From Acidimicrobiaceae bacterium (GTDB taxonomy: Bacteria; Actinomycetota; Acidimicrobiia; Acidimicrobiales; UBA8592), in assembly GCA_002709645.1 (NCBI GenBank), contig PAQG01000049.1, positions 714 through 64,713 on the forward strand: a DNA stretch of 64,000 nucleotides. The letters are read 5' to 3'. The position numbers and the translations under genes were made by a program. The notes beneath the pieces were generated by a model. It was not told the DNA's origin. It was given only the letters and a program-made list of their open reading frames with translations, and searched no databases. The first letter of the stretch is position 1. The number at the start of each line of letters is the position of its first letter. Below, one piece after another: positions 39,215 through 49,817 of the stretch.

Positions 39215-41137
39215 GTGGTGGCAGAACAAACTAAACCTTATGGAAGTTGGGATTCCCCAATAAGCGCAGCTTCATTAGTTGATGGGGTTAAGAACATTAC
39301 GGAAATAAAAACCGAAGATTTAGATGTTTGGTGGTCTGAATCTAGACCGGATGAAGGCGGACGCGTTACCATAATGCGTCAGCGAAATGGACATACTCCA
39401 GTTGAAATCACTCCAACCAGTTCTAATGTACGAACACAAGTCCACGAATACGGAGGGGGAGCTTGGTGGGTCCATCAGGGGACGCTTTATTACACAGAAT
39501 TAACTGACCAGCGAATACGAAAAATGACTGAAGGAAGTTCCCCCGTTCTTCTAACTCCAAACCCTCCTGAAGGTCAAACATGGAGATTTGCTGATGGCAG
39601 GGTCACTTCTGATGGCCTCTGGTGTATCTGTGTAAGAGAAATTCATCATAACCTTAAAGATTTAGTTGTAGAGCCAGATAATCAATTAGTTGCAATTGCA
39701 ACAGATGGAAGTATGCGCATCAACGAATTAGTCGTCGGTGCAGATTTCTATGCATTCCCGCGACCTTCTCCAGATGGGGAGTTTCTCGCTTGGATTCAAT
39801 GGAATCACCCGTCAATGCCGTGGTGGGGAACTGAGCTTTGGGTCGGCCAGATTGAAAATGAACAAGTAGTTAAAGGACGGAAAATAGCAGGAAGCGAAGA
39901 AGAGTCAGTTTCACAACCTGAGTGGTCTGCTTCAACGGACCTCTTTTATTTAAGTGACCGTTCAGGTTGGTCTAACCTCTACCGTTTCAACGACGTGGAT
40001 AATGAGCCTATTATCGGCGGAGAATTTGATATTGGTAAACCATTATGGACGTTAGATCAGTCAAGGTATGCAATTAGATCTGATGGAACCGCTATCGCTG
40101 TAATTACTGAGAAAAACGGCTTACCTTCATTAGCAACTGCATCAGAAACATCAAAACTTGAATGGTCAGCGGTACATCAATTAAGAGTTGATGGTAACGA
40201 TCAAGTTATTTTACTTGCTGCTAATCACAGCACTAATACTTCAATTATTAAAAGTTCAGTGGAGCAAGAAATTCTTTATGGTCCGAAACCACATTTACTT
40301 GACCTTGACTATTTTGAACCTCCGACGTTAGAACAGTTTCCAACTTTTGATGGGAATCATGCATACGTCCGGTATTACGCCCCTGCGCATCCTTCAATGA
40401 AAGGGCCATCTGACCAGAAACCTCCGCTATTGGTTCTCGCTCATGGAGGGCCAACCGGTTCAGCTCGAAATGAATTATCAATGGCGTTGCGCTATTGGAC
40501 AAGTCGCGGATGGGCAATAGCTGACGTTGATTATCGCGGCAGCACAGGTTATGGACGAGCATTTATGGAGTCATTAGAAGGAGAGTGGGGAAAAGTAGAT
40601 GTCGCAGATTGTGTCGCTGCAGCGCGTTATCTCACTGAACAAGGAAAAGCCGATTCAGAAAAAATAGCGATTAAAGGAGGAAGTGCTGGTGGGTTCACGG
40701 TTCTTGCAGCGCTAGCTTTCTATAAAGATTTTTCTGCTGGAGCTAGCAGATATGGAGTAGCGGATTTAGAAATATTAGCAAGAGACACTCATAAATTTGA
40801 ATCTCGGTATTTAGATCGCCTTATTGGGGAATACCCCCGCGAAAAGGACATCTACGCTGAGAGATCTCCTATAAACCATACGGAGAAATTCACAAGCCCC
40901 ATGATTATTTTGCAAGGTTCGGAAGATGCTGTCGTTCCACCGAATCAAGCCGAACTTGTTGTCGCTGCACTTCAACGAAATAGGATCAAGCACGCATACT
41001 TATTATTTGAAGGGGAAGGGCATGGGTTTCGTGACGCAGAAAATATTGTCGCTGCGTTAGAAGCCGAGTATTCATTCTTTGCACAAATATTCGGATTTGA
41101 ACCACCTGACTCTATAGAAAGAATCTTAATTAAATAA
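39215..41137 (+). CDS. S9 family peptidase (dipeptidyl aminopeptidase/acylaminoacyl peptidase)
   Basis: PYGSW.SPI, HGGP, YRGSTGYG, GGSAGG, D.VVP and EGHGF motifs. Confidence 0.92.
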   Translation: MVAEQTKPYGSWDSPISAASLVDGVKNITEIKTEDLDVWWSESRPDEGGRVTIMRQRNGHTPVEITPTSSNVRTQVHEYGGGAWWVHQGTLYYTELTDQRIRKMTEGSSPVLLTPNPPEGQTWRFADGRVTSDGLWCICVREIHHNLKDLVVEPDNQLVAIATDGSMRINELVVGADFYAFPRPSPDGEFLAWIQWNHPSMPWWGTELWVGQIENEQVVKGRKIAGSEEESVSQPEWSASTDLFYLSDRSGWSNLYRFNDVDNEPIIGGEFDIGKPLWTLDQSRYAIRSDGTAIAVITEKNGLPSLATASETSKLEWSAVHQLRVDGNDQVILLAANHSTNTSIIKSSVEQEILYGPKPHLLDLDYFEPPTLEQFPTFDGNHAYVRYYAPAHPSMKGPSDQKPPLLVLAHGGPTGSARNELSMALRYWTSRGWAIADVDYRGSTGYGRAFMESLEGEWGKVDVADCVAAARYLTEQGKADSEKIAIKGGSAGGFTVLAALAFYKDFSAGASRYGVADLEILARDTHKFESRYLDRLIGEYPREKDIYAERSPINHTEKFTSPMIILQGSEDAVVPPNQAELVVAALQRNRIKHAYLLFEGEGHGFRDAENIVAALEAEYSFFAQIFGFEPPDSIERILIK

Positions 41138-41146
41138 CCTCTTTCT

Positions 41147-41935
41147 TTAACGTGCTAATGCTAATTGTCGGCTCATACCTAATAAAGTTCCGTTCTGGTG
41201 CCATATATATCCATCTTCTTCGAGGAAACCTCCGGAGACATGTGTCGTTGTAAAATGAACGAGAACCCAGGAATCAGAATCCCAATTGACTGAAGCTAAA
41301 TCTGTTCTTATATGGACTGTTAGGTCAATCGTTGGGACAGATTTGAGATCAGGAGATAATACGAATATAGGTGGGGGTAATGCATCAGCGATAGCAACAA
41401 CCAATGATGAGGACATTGGGGTCTCTTTAGCTGGGCGAATCCACCAAGTAAGATCGGGGGTCTGAGTATTGGTTTCTAGCGTGTCAACTGAACGAATTTC
41501 CCACTGCTCATGGAGTCGGGTCGGTTTTTCCGTTAACCGAACCCCAGGAAGGCATAAACCAGGCGATGGAACTTCTGGCATGATTAAGGTCGGGCCTTCA
41601 ATCGCTTTGCTACTTAGGGCCCAAACGCCAGTAGCGACAAGCACAGGCTTGTCATCTTGGAGCATCTCAAATCGAAGAAAATCAACAGATTTCCCACTTC
41701 GAACTGCCTGCACGTTTATCCGCACTTTTCCAAGTTTCGGAGGTAGCAAATAATGAATAGTTAGGCTTCGTAATTGACGTGCGCTATCAGCAACATGAGT
41801 ATCACCGGCGGATGCAACTAATGCGGCTAAATATCCTCCATTTGGACCAACAACGATCCAGTAACGGTCAACTATTTCAGTTTCAAAAACCCCAGAACCA
41901 AGGGCTTGCAAAGCCACGTCATCGTGTAATGCCAT
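41147..41935 (-). CDS. TesB-like double-hotdog acyl-CoA thioesterase
   Basis: GPNGGY, ADALPP, TIDLTVH, EED and SRQ motifs. Confidence 0.85.
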   Translation of the reverse strand: MALHDDVALQALGSGVFETEIVDRYWIVVGPNGGYLAALVASAGDTHVADSARQLRSLTIHYLLPPKLGKVRINVQAVRSGKSVDFLRFEMLQDDKPVLVATGVWALSSKAIEGPTLIMPEVPSPGLCLPGVRLTEKPTRLHEQWEIRSVDTLETNTQTPDLTWWIRPAKETPMSSSLVVAIADALPPPIFVLSPDLKSVPTIDLTVHIRTDLASVNWDSDSWVLVHFTTTHVSGGFLEEDGYIWHQNGTLLGMSRQLALAR

Positions 41936-41955
41936 TTAATCTTCTGACTCTTCCT

Positions 41956-43137
41956 TTACCTATTGGGGGTAACTAACTGCTTTCCATTAGTACTCATAAC
42001 CTGCTTAATTTCTTGATCAGAGAACCCATTTAATTATTGTGAAAAGTCCATAGGCACAGCTAGTCCTTCAGCATGGGGGTAGTCAGAACCGAATAGGATT
42101 TGACTCACTCCTATTAAATCCCTTAATTCGGTTAAGTCATCTTCATAATATGGAGCAACCCAAATGTGTTTACGAAATGTTTCTGCAGGATTTTCAGCGA
42201 AAGCATAGCTTGCTTGCTTGTATGCTTTTGAGAATCTTTTCATGAGTCCGCTAACCCAGTCTGATCCGTTTTCAATCGTGCAAACACGAATGTTGGGAAA
42301 ACGGCTGAAAAGTCCGCCACTGATCAGTGCGGCTACAGTGTCAGCGATATTGGAATAGTTGAGCAGCCGTTTTAGAGGGTCGTATCTGAAGGCTTCAAAT
42401 TCTGTTGATAAACCCCAGTGGCCGAAGAGGAAATCGTAGCCAGCGTCACCAGCATGGAAAGCCACTGTAATTCCAGAGTTGTTAACTCTTTCCCAAAAAT
42501 CATCAAAGAGAACATCTGCAGGATTTCTTTGTCCATCAGATGTTGTGACAGCTGATGCCCGCAAGTTAATTACGCGTACATCGTTATCTAAGGCGAATTC
42601 AAGTTCGCTAATAGCATGGTTTACATCTGAAAGCGTTATGTAGGCTGCGCCAAATATGCGCTCTTGATAGCTGAATCCCCAATCCTCAGCTAACCAACGG
42701 TTAAAAGCAGTAAATGCTGCCTGCATTGCCGGAAGGTCACCCTCCAATGCTGATTCCATACCAACACCTAAAGTCGGGAAAAGAAAACAACCTTCCAAAC
42801 CTTGCTCATCAAGTAATGCAATTTTGGCATCCCTCTCTCGGTATTCCGGTCGGTTTGCGATCGGCTCCAATTCGCCGAATGCATCTCGCATGTTTGAGAC
42901 AGAAATTTTCCCACGGAAATAGTTATCCAGACAACCCGGTTCTGCGATTGGGTCAAAGGTTGGATTTGGGATGAAACGATTGATCTTACCTCCAACCATT
43001 AAGCGTTTTTTCCCATTTACTGAAACCCATTGCATGGCGCGTTGCGCAAACTGAGGGTCTATGTGTCTTGTAAAAGCATCTTCGGCTTCGTAATAATGGT
43101 GATCACAATCAAATCCTTTGAAGTCCAAATTTGCCAC
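41956..43137 (-). pseudogene. Amidohydrolase_2 family protein with an internal in-frame TAA at 42034-42036
   Basis: DCDHHYYE, FPTLG, FHAG and FGSDYPHAEG motifs; the frame continues 25 codons past the TAA with family-like sequence. Confidence 0.7.
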
Positions 43138-43263
43138 AGATAAATCCTCCCATGTAATAATCTGATATTAGCGCCATAGATAGAAATCACTACTCTACGG
43201 ATCGGATCTGGCTACTTTTCCTTGTACGTTCGTTTCTGAGTCAAGAAGATCTAGATTAGATAC

Positions 43264-44832
43264 ATGTTCCGCGTTCTTGTCACTGAAAAGATATCGCAAT
43301 CTGGTTTATCGCATTTGGAAAAATCAGGTTATGAAGTTGATGTTCAATTAGAGCTAGATGAGGCAAAACTTCTTGACGAAATAAAGGATGCGCACGCGAT
43401 CATTATTCGGTCTGCAACTAAAATCACGAAAGAAGTAATTGCGCAAGGGAAAGAACTTGTTGTGATCGGAAGGGCTGGCATTGGGCTAGATAACGTTGAT
43501 GTCGCCGCTGCAACTGAGCAAGGAATAATGGTAGTGAATGCTCCGAAGTCAAACATTCTCTCAGCAGCTGAACATACGATGGCACTCCTTCTTGCTCAAG
43601 CACGAAACATTCCGCCAGCGAATGAAGCACTTCGTAATGGCCGGTGGGAGAGGAACAAATGGACTGGCGTAGAACTCGCAGATAAAACTCTCGGAATTAT
43701 AGGGTTAGGGAGGATAGGAAAACTTGTGGCTCAACGCGCCTTATCTTTTGGAATGAAACTGGTTGCCTACGATCCTTTCGTTGCATCTGAACGGGCGAAA
43801 CAGCTTTCTGTTGACCTTCTTCCTTTAAAAGAATTGATGGAAATTTCAGATTTCGTAACAATTCATGTCGCGAAAACACCTGAAACTATTGACCTTATTT
43901 CAGCGGAAACTCTTGGTTATGCTAAACCCGATCTTCGTATTATTAATGTAGCTAGAGGATGCATCGTTAATGAATCAGATCTCGCCGATGCCATTGCATC
44001 AAAACAAATCGCTGGAGCGGCACTAGATGTTTTTGAAACTGAGCCCACAACGTATTCCCCACTCTTTGACCATCAAAACGTTGTTGTTACACCGCATTTA
44101 GGCGCTAGCACAAGAGAGGCACAAGAGAAGGCAGGAACCACGATTGCAGAGCAAGTTGATTTAGCCTTGCAAAGCAAATTTGTACCTTTTGCAGTAAATG
44201 TTTCTGCCTCAGAAGCAACAGAAACGGTCCGACCATTTCTGCCACTTGCTGAGAAACTCGGCTCATTATTCGCTGGCCTGTGTCCGACCCTCCCCAAAGT
44301 TATAAAAATAGAATTTGCTGGGGAGATAGGCGGTTACGACAATAAGATTACTGAACTCTCAGTAGTAAAAGGTCTTTTCGCTGGAACAGGGCAATCAATC
44401 TCATTTGTAAATGCGTTGAGTGTGGCTAAAGAACAAGGAATAGCAATTGAGTCTAGAAACACAACTATCGGATTTGATTACCTGAACACGATAAAGATAG
44501 AAGGAGGGGAGCATTCAATCGCTGGCACAGTAGTTGGGCTTAAGGGCGAGCACAGAATTGTGATGGTAGATGCTCACACTGTTGATGTTCCTCCAAGCGC
44601 GCACATGATTGTGTTGAGGAACGATGACCGTCCTGGAGTTATAGGTAAAGTGGGCACAATCCTTGGCGATAATGGAATAAATATCGCGGACATGAACGTC
44701 GGACGAAGTGAAGACGGATTAGGGGCTTTAATGGTTATCTCAACTCAGAATCCGGTTCCTCAGACGGTGGGTCAGAAACTTATCGATACAGATGGCGTCA
44801 CGAAGTGCTCCATTATCAATCTTGAAATTTAA
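43264..44832 (+). CDS. serA: D-3-phosphoglycerate dehydrogenase with ASB/ACT domains
   Basis: RAGIGLDNVD, GLGRIG, NVARG, TPHLGAST and ACT motif DRPGVIG. Confidence 0.96.
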   Translation: MFRVLVTEKISQSGLSHLEKSGYEVDVQLELDEAKLLDEIKDAHAIIIRSATKITKEVIAQGKELVVIGRAGIGLDNVDVAAATEQGIMVVNAPKSNILSAAEHTMALLLAQARNIPPANEALRNGRWERNKWTGVELADKTLGIIGLGRIGKLVAQRALSFGMKLVAYDPFVASERAKQLSVDLLPLKELMEISDFVTIHVAKTPETIDLISAETLGYAKPDLRIINVARGCIVNESDLADAIASKQIAGAALDVFETEPTTYSPLFDHQNVVVTPHLGASTREAQEKAGTTIAEQVDLALQSKFVPFAVNVSASEATETVRPFLPLAEKLGSLFAGLCPTLPKVIKIEFAGEIGGYDNKITELSVVKGLFAGTGQSISFVNALSVAKEQGIAIESRNTTIGFDYLNTIKIEGGEHSIAGTVVGLKGEHRIVMVDAHTVDVPPSAHMIVLRNDDRPGVIGKVGTILGDNGINIADMNVGRSEDGLGALMVISTQNPVPQTVGQKLIDTDGVTKCSIINLEI

Positions 44833-44845
44833 TGGGATTTAAAAG

Positions 44846-45229
44846 CTATCGTTGAGATGGTCTGTAGCCATCAGCTTCTGCTGCTTCTGCCGACGCATAG
44901 CACCGGTCAGGTATTGTTCGGTCGTAGGTATTCCCACCAGGTACATGGTAGAGGCCGCTGCTATCCTTCGCCTTGACTTGGTGAGAATCGGGGCAATTTC
45001 CGCTTTCATCACATGAGAGCCAACCCCGTGGCTCCACGGGGCTTCCATCATTCGGTTCTGTTACTTGAGAAGGGTTATCTGAATCAACAGTAACGATAGG
45101 CGGCCAAGGTAGGTCTTCTTCGTCGGAACTCTCTGTTTCCTCTGAAGAACGGCTACGAAGCCAAGAAGCCAAAGCTCCTATTGCCGCAGCTATAACAGCA
45201 AGTTTTAGGATGCGTCGAAATACTCTCAT
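44846..45229 (-). CDS. Small membrane-anchored protein with ArfC/'sunset'-like C-terminal domain
   Basis: N-terminal TM, acidic linker, CP..HQVKAK.SSGLYHVPG...YDRT...CY...EAAEADGYR. Confidence 0.65.
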   Translation of the reverse strand: MRVFRRILKLAVIAAAIGALASWLRSRSSEETESSDEEDLPWPPIVTVDSDNPSQVTEPNDGSPVEPRGWLSCDESGNCPDSHQVKAKDSSGLYHVPGGNTYDRTIPDRCYASAEAAEADGYRPSQR

Positions 45230-45326
45230 GCATATACATCTTAGAAGGTTTCAGAGAGATGCGACAATGGAAATCCGGATATAGTAAAACTCCCAACCCT
45301 TGCTCTCTCTTTATTGGGAGAGACAA

Positions 45327-45364
45327 AGTGGGTGCGTCACGTATGTGGCGCACCCACTATTTTT
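45327..45364 (+). terminator. Strong intrinsic terminator-like hairpin (possibly bidirectional)
   Basis: AGTGGGTGCGTCAC-GTAT-GTGGCGCACCCACT followed by ATTTTT. Confidence 0.75.
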
Positions 45365-45391
45365 CAATACGTATCAAACTGCCTTGCTATA

Positions 45392-47704
45392 TCAATACCC
45401 AATCGGGATGATTGTTTTTACCAAAGGCTGGCTTGTTTCTTCCAAGCTAAGAAGGTCATTGGACTGGATACGACCCCAACTCATAGTCCAAAGTGATTCA
45501 TCAATGAATAAACTTCTCTGAATTTGTAATTCCCAGTTATACCCACCTGAGGGCCAACATTGTTCAATACGGTCAGTTGCATCAGCATTTAAGATTTCAA
45601 CTAATTCCCCAGCGAATTCACCGAAGTAGTTATCAAGTTCATTGACTGGGATACTGTCACAATAATTACTGCCATAACCCCCATCTGCTCCTTCGCTGCA
45701 GAGCTGAAGTACCGGTCCACCTTCGGAGAACTCTTCAGCAAATTCTTCAAATGATGTTCCAATCAAAATATCAAGATCAATTATTTCGCAATCACTGGTT
45801 TCGTCAACTTGGAGCGGTTCGTGGCTTATCGTTCCAACTTCAATTATCTCTCCATTTTGTTGGATGTCTAGTAAGACAGCACCGCCATCCCCATCCCAAC
45901 TTTGTACCGGTAAGACGACCAACCGATCCCGAATCTGAAAGGCTCTGTGGTCGTATTCAGCTGGGGAGTTCGTATCATCTCGAGTCCAGGTAGAAACTTC
46001 AATCGGGTTGCTTGGGTCCGAAACGTCAAAAGCACTTACCTTCAATCCGAGAACTCTCCCTTCATCGGTCGCATTCTGCCCAATTCCTAAGACAATATTT
46101 TCATCAATGGGATGAAGATAAGTAGAGAAACCCGGTATTTTCAGCTCGCCGACAACGAGTGGGTTAGTTGGGTCCCTGAGATCCAAAACATAAAAGGGGT
46201 CAATTTGCCGGAATGTAACAGCAAAACCAATCTCATCGAGCAGGCGGACAGAATATAAAGATTCCCCTTTGCCTAATCCACCAACCTGACCAACCTCAAC
46301 CAAAACATCACCTTGTTCTTCCATGACGATCAATTGTGACTCACTTAAATCCTGTTCACTCCATGGAGAACCAGTTGTCGTAACGATCCGGAGTCGCTGA
46401 TCATACTCATCCATAGAGAATTGGTTAAGCAGACTTCCATCAACTTGACCTGAAGCAATATATTCTGCGGGACTTCCAACGTCAATTGAGAATGCGTGGA
46501 TGTCAGTTGTGTAAGTGTCTGACCATGTTCTGAAATCGTCTTCAGTTATTTCATTTTCAACCCATTTCGTTGTCGCTATATAGAAACGCTCCAACGACGA
46601 ATAAACAGTTCGACCACTTGCCAAAACGCCTACACCTCCACCGGGTGTGAGGCCTTCCGATAGATTGAGACTAACAACTGAAAGCACATCGAATCCTGCA
46701 AATGCACTTGGTTGATGGATTTGGTCGCACTGAAGGAGTGGCCCGCTAGATGTCGCAGCGCCCTTAGTAAGTTCGTATGTTGGTACCCAATCTTCCAAAG
46801 TGGTTTCTTCGATAAGTTCTCGGTTAAATCTTGTGGCTCTATCTTCGGATCTTGGGTTGGATGGGTACACCCATTCCAGTTGGTTCGGGGCACTGTTCAC
46901 CGCCATCCGGACAGTATCTCCAACTAATCTAGCGCTGAGGTAAGATCCGCTTATTGACATTTGGCCAGCAATCTCCAAGTTAAATGGATCAGAAAGGTCA
47001 ACTTCAATTATTTGGGCAGTTGGCTTGTAATACCCAGATGGCATAATTTCCATTGCCATTCCATCTTCTTGAATCGATACCTCATCGTCACCTGGCATCG
47101 GGTCAACATAGAAATAGTTGCCACCATTGGCTAAAAGAAAAGCTCGATCTCCTTGAATGAAAAGCTCAAATCCATAAGCGTTCGACTCTATTTCAATCTG
47201 ATCTGTTAGAGAACCATTTCCCCCGTTTACTGCAATGTGGGAAAGAACCCCATTATTAATAACAAGTATCCGGTTCCCATCTGTTTTGATAATATCGGGT
47301 TCATCAACACCTAACTCTTGAACATTTGTTCCAGTGAAACTATCTGAACCGGATGAGGATTCGGCTTCACCGTAAGCTACCGAGGCAGCCTCTTCTATCA
47401 TCATTGGTGCGCTGCCATCTGTATCAAAGGCTATATCTGGCCCATCTGAACGGAGAACCCCACCATTGAGCCAGATCGGGTAACCGCTGTTATCTAAACC
47501 GTATGGGCCAACTCGGTCGGAAGCTTCTTCCTTGAGATGTGAGAGTAATTTGTCGCAACTATCAAAAGGAATCAGTCGATTTACTAGCTCAACATCTCCG
47601 GGTTTTAGGTCTACCTGACCAGTTGCTTGGAACGATGGTTGCGAACTTGAACAACCAATAACGAAAAGTCCGGCTAACAATGTAATCGTTAAAAATCTTC
47701 GCAT
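45392..47704 (-). CDS. Secreted lipoprotein, beta-propeller (Beta_propel/PF09826-like) domain
   Basis: Lipobox-like VIGC; TNVQELGVDEPDIIKTDG, LNQFSMDE, VTFRQIDP and GELKIPGFSTYLHP motifs. Confidence 0.88.
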   Translation of the reverse strand: MRRFLTITLLAGLFVIGCSSSQPSFQATGQVDLKPGDVELVNRLIPFDSCDKLLSHLKEEASDRVGPYGLDNSGYPIWLNGGVLRSDGPDIAFDTDGSAPMMIEEAASVAYGEAESSSGSDSFTGTNVQELGVDEPDIIKTDGNRILVINNGVLSHIAVNGGNGSLTDQIEIESNAYGFELFIQGDRAFLLANGGNYFYVDPMPGDDEVSIQEDGMAMEIMPSGYYKPTAQIIEVDLSDPFNLEIAGQMSISGSYLSARLVGDTVRMAVNSAPNQLEWVYPSNPRSEDRATRFNRELIEETTLEDWVPTYELTKGAATSSGPLLQCDQIHQPSAFAGFDVLSVVSLNLSEGLTPGGGVGVLASGRTVYSSLERFYIATTKWVENEITEDDFRTWSDTYTTDIHAFSIDVGSPAEYIASGQVDGSLLNQFSMDEYDQRLRIVTTTGSPWSEQDLSESQLIVMEEQGDVLVEVGQVGGLGKGESLYSVRLLDEIGFAVTFRQIDPFYVLDLRDPTNPLVVGELKIPGFSTYLHPIDENIVLGIGQNATDEGRVLGLKVSAFDVSDPSNPIEVSTWTRDDTNSPAEYDHRAFQIRDRLVVLPVQSWDGDGGAVLLDIQQNGEIIEVGTISHEPLQVDETSDCEIIDLDILIGTSFEEFAEEFSEGGPVLQLCSEGADGGYGSNYCDSIPVNELDNYFGEFAGELVEILNADATDRIEQCWPSGGYNWELQIQRSLFIDESLWTMSWGRIQSNDLLSLEETSQPLVKTIIPIGY

Positions 47705-47736
47705 AATGGTTTCCTTTGTTAGATGGTATGTGCATC

Positions 47737-47764
47737 TGACGTGTTATGGGAGAGATTAGTTCCC
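47737..47764 (-). promoter_or_regulatory. Candidate ECF sigma factor promoter
   Basis: GGGAAC-N17-CGTCA ending 32 nt upstream of the beta-propeller ATG. Confidence 0.6.
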
Positions 47765-47778
47765 GTTTGGACTATTTT

Positions 47779-48378
47779 TTAGATCAGATTTTGGCTTGGA
47801 AGCCATTGGCCTCGATTTGTTTCAAAATTCGTTATTGCTTCAGCGTTATTTAAGGTTATGCCTATATCGTCGAGACCTTTCAAGAATCTCTCTTGTACTG
47901 AGTCTTCAAGTTCAAACTCTATTGAAAGACCCAACTGTGGTATTTCTACGGATCGTTGTGCAATGTCGATAACAAAATGAAGATCTGGGTTTTTCCCCAC
48001 TTCGCTGATCAGTTGTTTACCTAGTTGTGAATCAATCTCTATTGGGACAAGACCATTTTTCGTAGCATTATTCTTGAAGATCGGGCCAAACCTTGGAGAG
48101 ATAACTGCATCAAATCCTGCTTGCTGGATAGCCCAAACTGCGTGCTCTCTCGAAGAACCAGTTCCGAAATTTGGACCAGCTATGAGAATACGGGCACCTG
48201 CATACGCTTCATCATTGAGTATAAAATTTTTGTCGTCACGCCATTCTGAGAATAATCCTTTCTCAAAGCCCGTTCTTTCGACACGTTTAAGCCAATCGCT
48301 TGGAATGATCTGGTCCGTATCTACATCAGATCTATCGAGTGGGACAGCGGTTCCTTCTATGATTTTCACTGGTTTCAT
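47779..48378 (-). CDS. leuD: 3-isopropylmalate dehydratase small subunit
   Basis: DVDTDQIIP, NFGTGSSREHA and GLDDI motifs. Confidence 0.97.
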   Translation of the reverse strand: MKPVKIIEGTAVPLDRSDVDTDQIIPSDWLKRVERTGFEKGLFSEWRDDKNFILNDEAYAGARILIAGPNFGTGSSREHAVWAIQQAGFDAVISPRFGPIFKNNATKNGLVPIEIDSQLGKQLISEVGKNPDLHFVIDIAQRSVEIPQLGLSIEFELEDSVQERFLKGLDDIGITLNNAEAITNFETNRGQWLPSQNLI

Positions 48379-49775
48379 TAGAGTTCCTCCGGAGTCGCAA
48401 AGTATCCGGCAATTGCGCTTGCTGCTGCGACACGAGGAGAAACGAGATGGGTTCTCCCACCGCGTCCTTGCCTTCCTTCAAAATTCCTATTACTAGTGCT
48501 TGCAGAGCGTTCACCAACGGTAAGTTTGTCAGGGTTCATTGCCAGACACATTGAGCACCCTGGCTCTCTCCAGTCAAAGCCACTTTCTAGGAAAATCTCA
48601 TGGAGTCCCTCTTGCTCAGCTATTTCTTTAACTTTTCTTGAACCAGGGACGACCAGAGTCCTCACTCCTTCTGCAACTTTTTTCCCTTTAATGACTTCAG
48701 CGGCTGAGCGCAAATCTTCAATTCTGCTATTTGTGCAACTACCTATGAACACCGTATCTACAGCTACATCGCTCATTTTTGTACCAGCTGTTAATCCCAT
48801 ATAATCCAAAGCACGTTGAGCTGCTTCTTGTTCAGCAGGGTCTTCAAAATCATCTGGTTTTGGTACACGCCCAGATACAGGAATAACTTGGCCGGGGTTT
48901 GTTCCCCATGTGACCTGAGGGGTGATCATGTCACCGTTAAGAGTAATTTCTCGATCAAAAACTGCATCTGCGTCTGTTTTAAGCTCATCCCAGAATCGGA
49001 TAGCTTCTTCCCATTGGTCTCCTTTAGGAGAATGTTTACGGCCTTTCAAATAATCATAGGTGATTTGATCAGGTGCTATTAACCCTGCTTTAGCTCCGAA
49101 CTCAATCGCCATGTTGCATAAAGTCATTCTTCCTTCCATTGAAAGAGATTCAACTACCGAACCTCTAAACTCGGCAATTGCACCGATTCCACCTCCTGTT
49201 CCAACTTCTGCGAGAACTGCTAATACGACATCTTTGGCCGAAGAACCGAAAGGAAGTTGACCATTAATAGTAATTGACATTGTTTCTTGCTCGGGCTGGG
49301 GCAACGTTTGTGTTGCGAGGACATGCTCTACCTCGCTCGTGCCAATTCCAAAAGCAAGAGCCCCAAAGGCTCCATGCGTTGATGTGTGACTATCCCCGCA
49401 GACAACAGTCATGCCTGGTTGAGTTAAACCCAACTCAGGCCCGATAACGTGAACGATTCCTTGATTTGGGTCACCCATCGGGTAGTTCGTAATCCCAAAT
49501 TCATCTGCATTATTCCGCAAAGTCTGAATTTGTTTAAAGCTAACTTCGTCTTCAATTGGTTGGTCAATATTCTCAGTGGGCACATTATGATCTTCTGTAG
49601 CGACGGTCAGATCTGGCCTGCGAACTTTTCTTCCGTTCATCCGCAACCCATCAAAAGCTTGAGGCGAAGTAACTTCGTGAATTAAATGTAAATCAATATA
49701 GAGCAGGTCAGGTAAGTTATCTCCTGACCGAACTACATGATGATCCCAAATTTTCTGGCTTAACGTTCTTCCCAC
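48378..49775 (-). CDS. leuC: 3-isopropylmalate dehydratase large subunit
   Basis: [26 protein letters not shown] and [12 protein letters not shown] motifs; GTG start after GAGGAG. Confidence 0.97.
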   Translation of the reverse strand: MGRTLSQKIWDHHVVRSGDNLPDLLYIDLHLIHEVTSPQAFDGLRMNGRKVRRPDLTVATEDHNVPTENIDQPIEDEVSFKQIQTLRNNADEFGITNYPMGDPNQGIVHVIGPELGLTQPGMTVVCGDSHTSTHGAFGALAFGIGTSEVEHVLATQTLPQPEQETMSITINGQLPFGSSAKDVVLAVLAEVGTGGGIGAIAEFRGSVVESLSMEGRMTLCNMAIEFGAKAGLIAPDQITYDYLKGRKHSPKGDQWEEAIRFWDELKTDADAVFDREITLNGDMITPQVTWGTNPGQVIPVSGRVPKPDDFEDPAEQEAAQRALDYMGLTAGTKMSDVAVDTVFIGSCTNSRIEDLRSAAEVIKGKKVAEGVRTLVVPGSRKVKEIAEQEGLHEIFLESGFDWREPGCSMCLAMNPDKLTVGERSASTSNRNFEGRQGRGGRTHLVSPRVAAASAIAGYFATPEEL

Positions 49776-49817
49776 AGCGCTCCTCAACTTATTTGTAGTT
49801 TACCGATAAGGGAACAA

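Noticed and set aside
42034-42036. Programmed recoding (Sec/Pyl) at the amidohydrolase internal stop
   Set aside because: The codon is TAA, not TGA or TAG, and TAA is used as a normal stop throughout the window.
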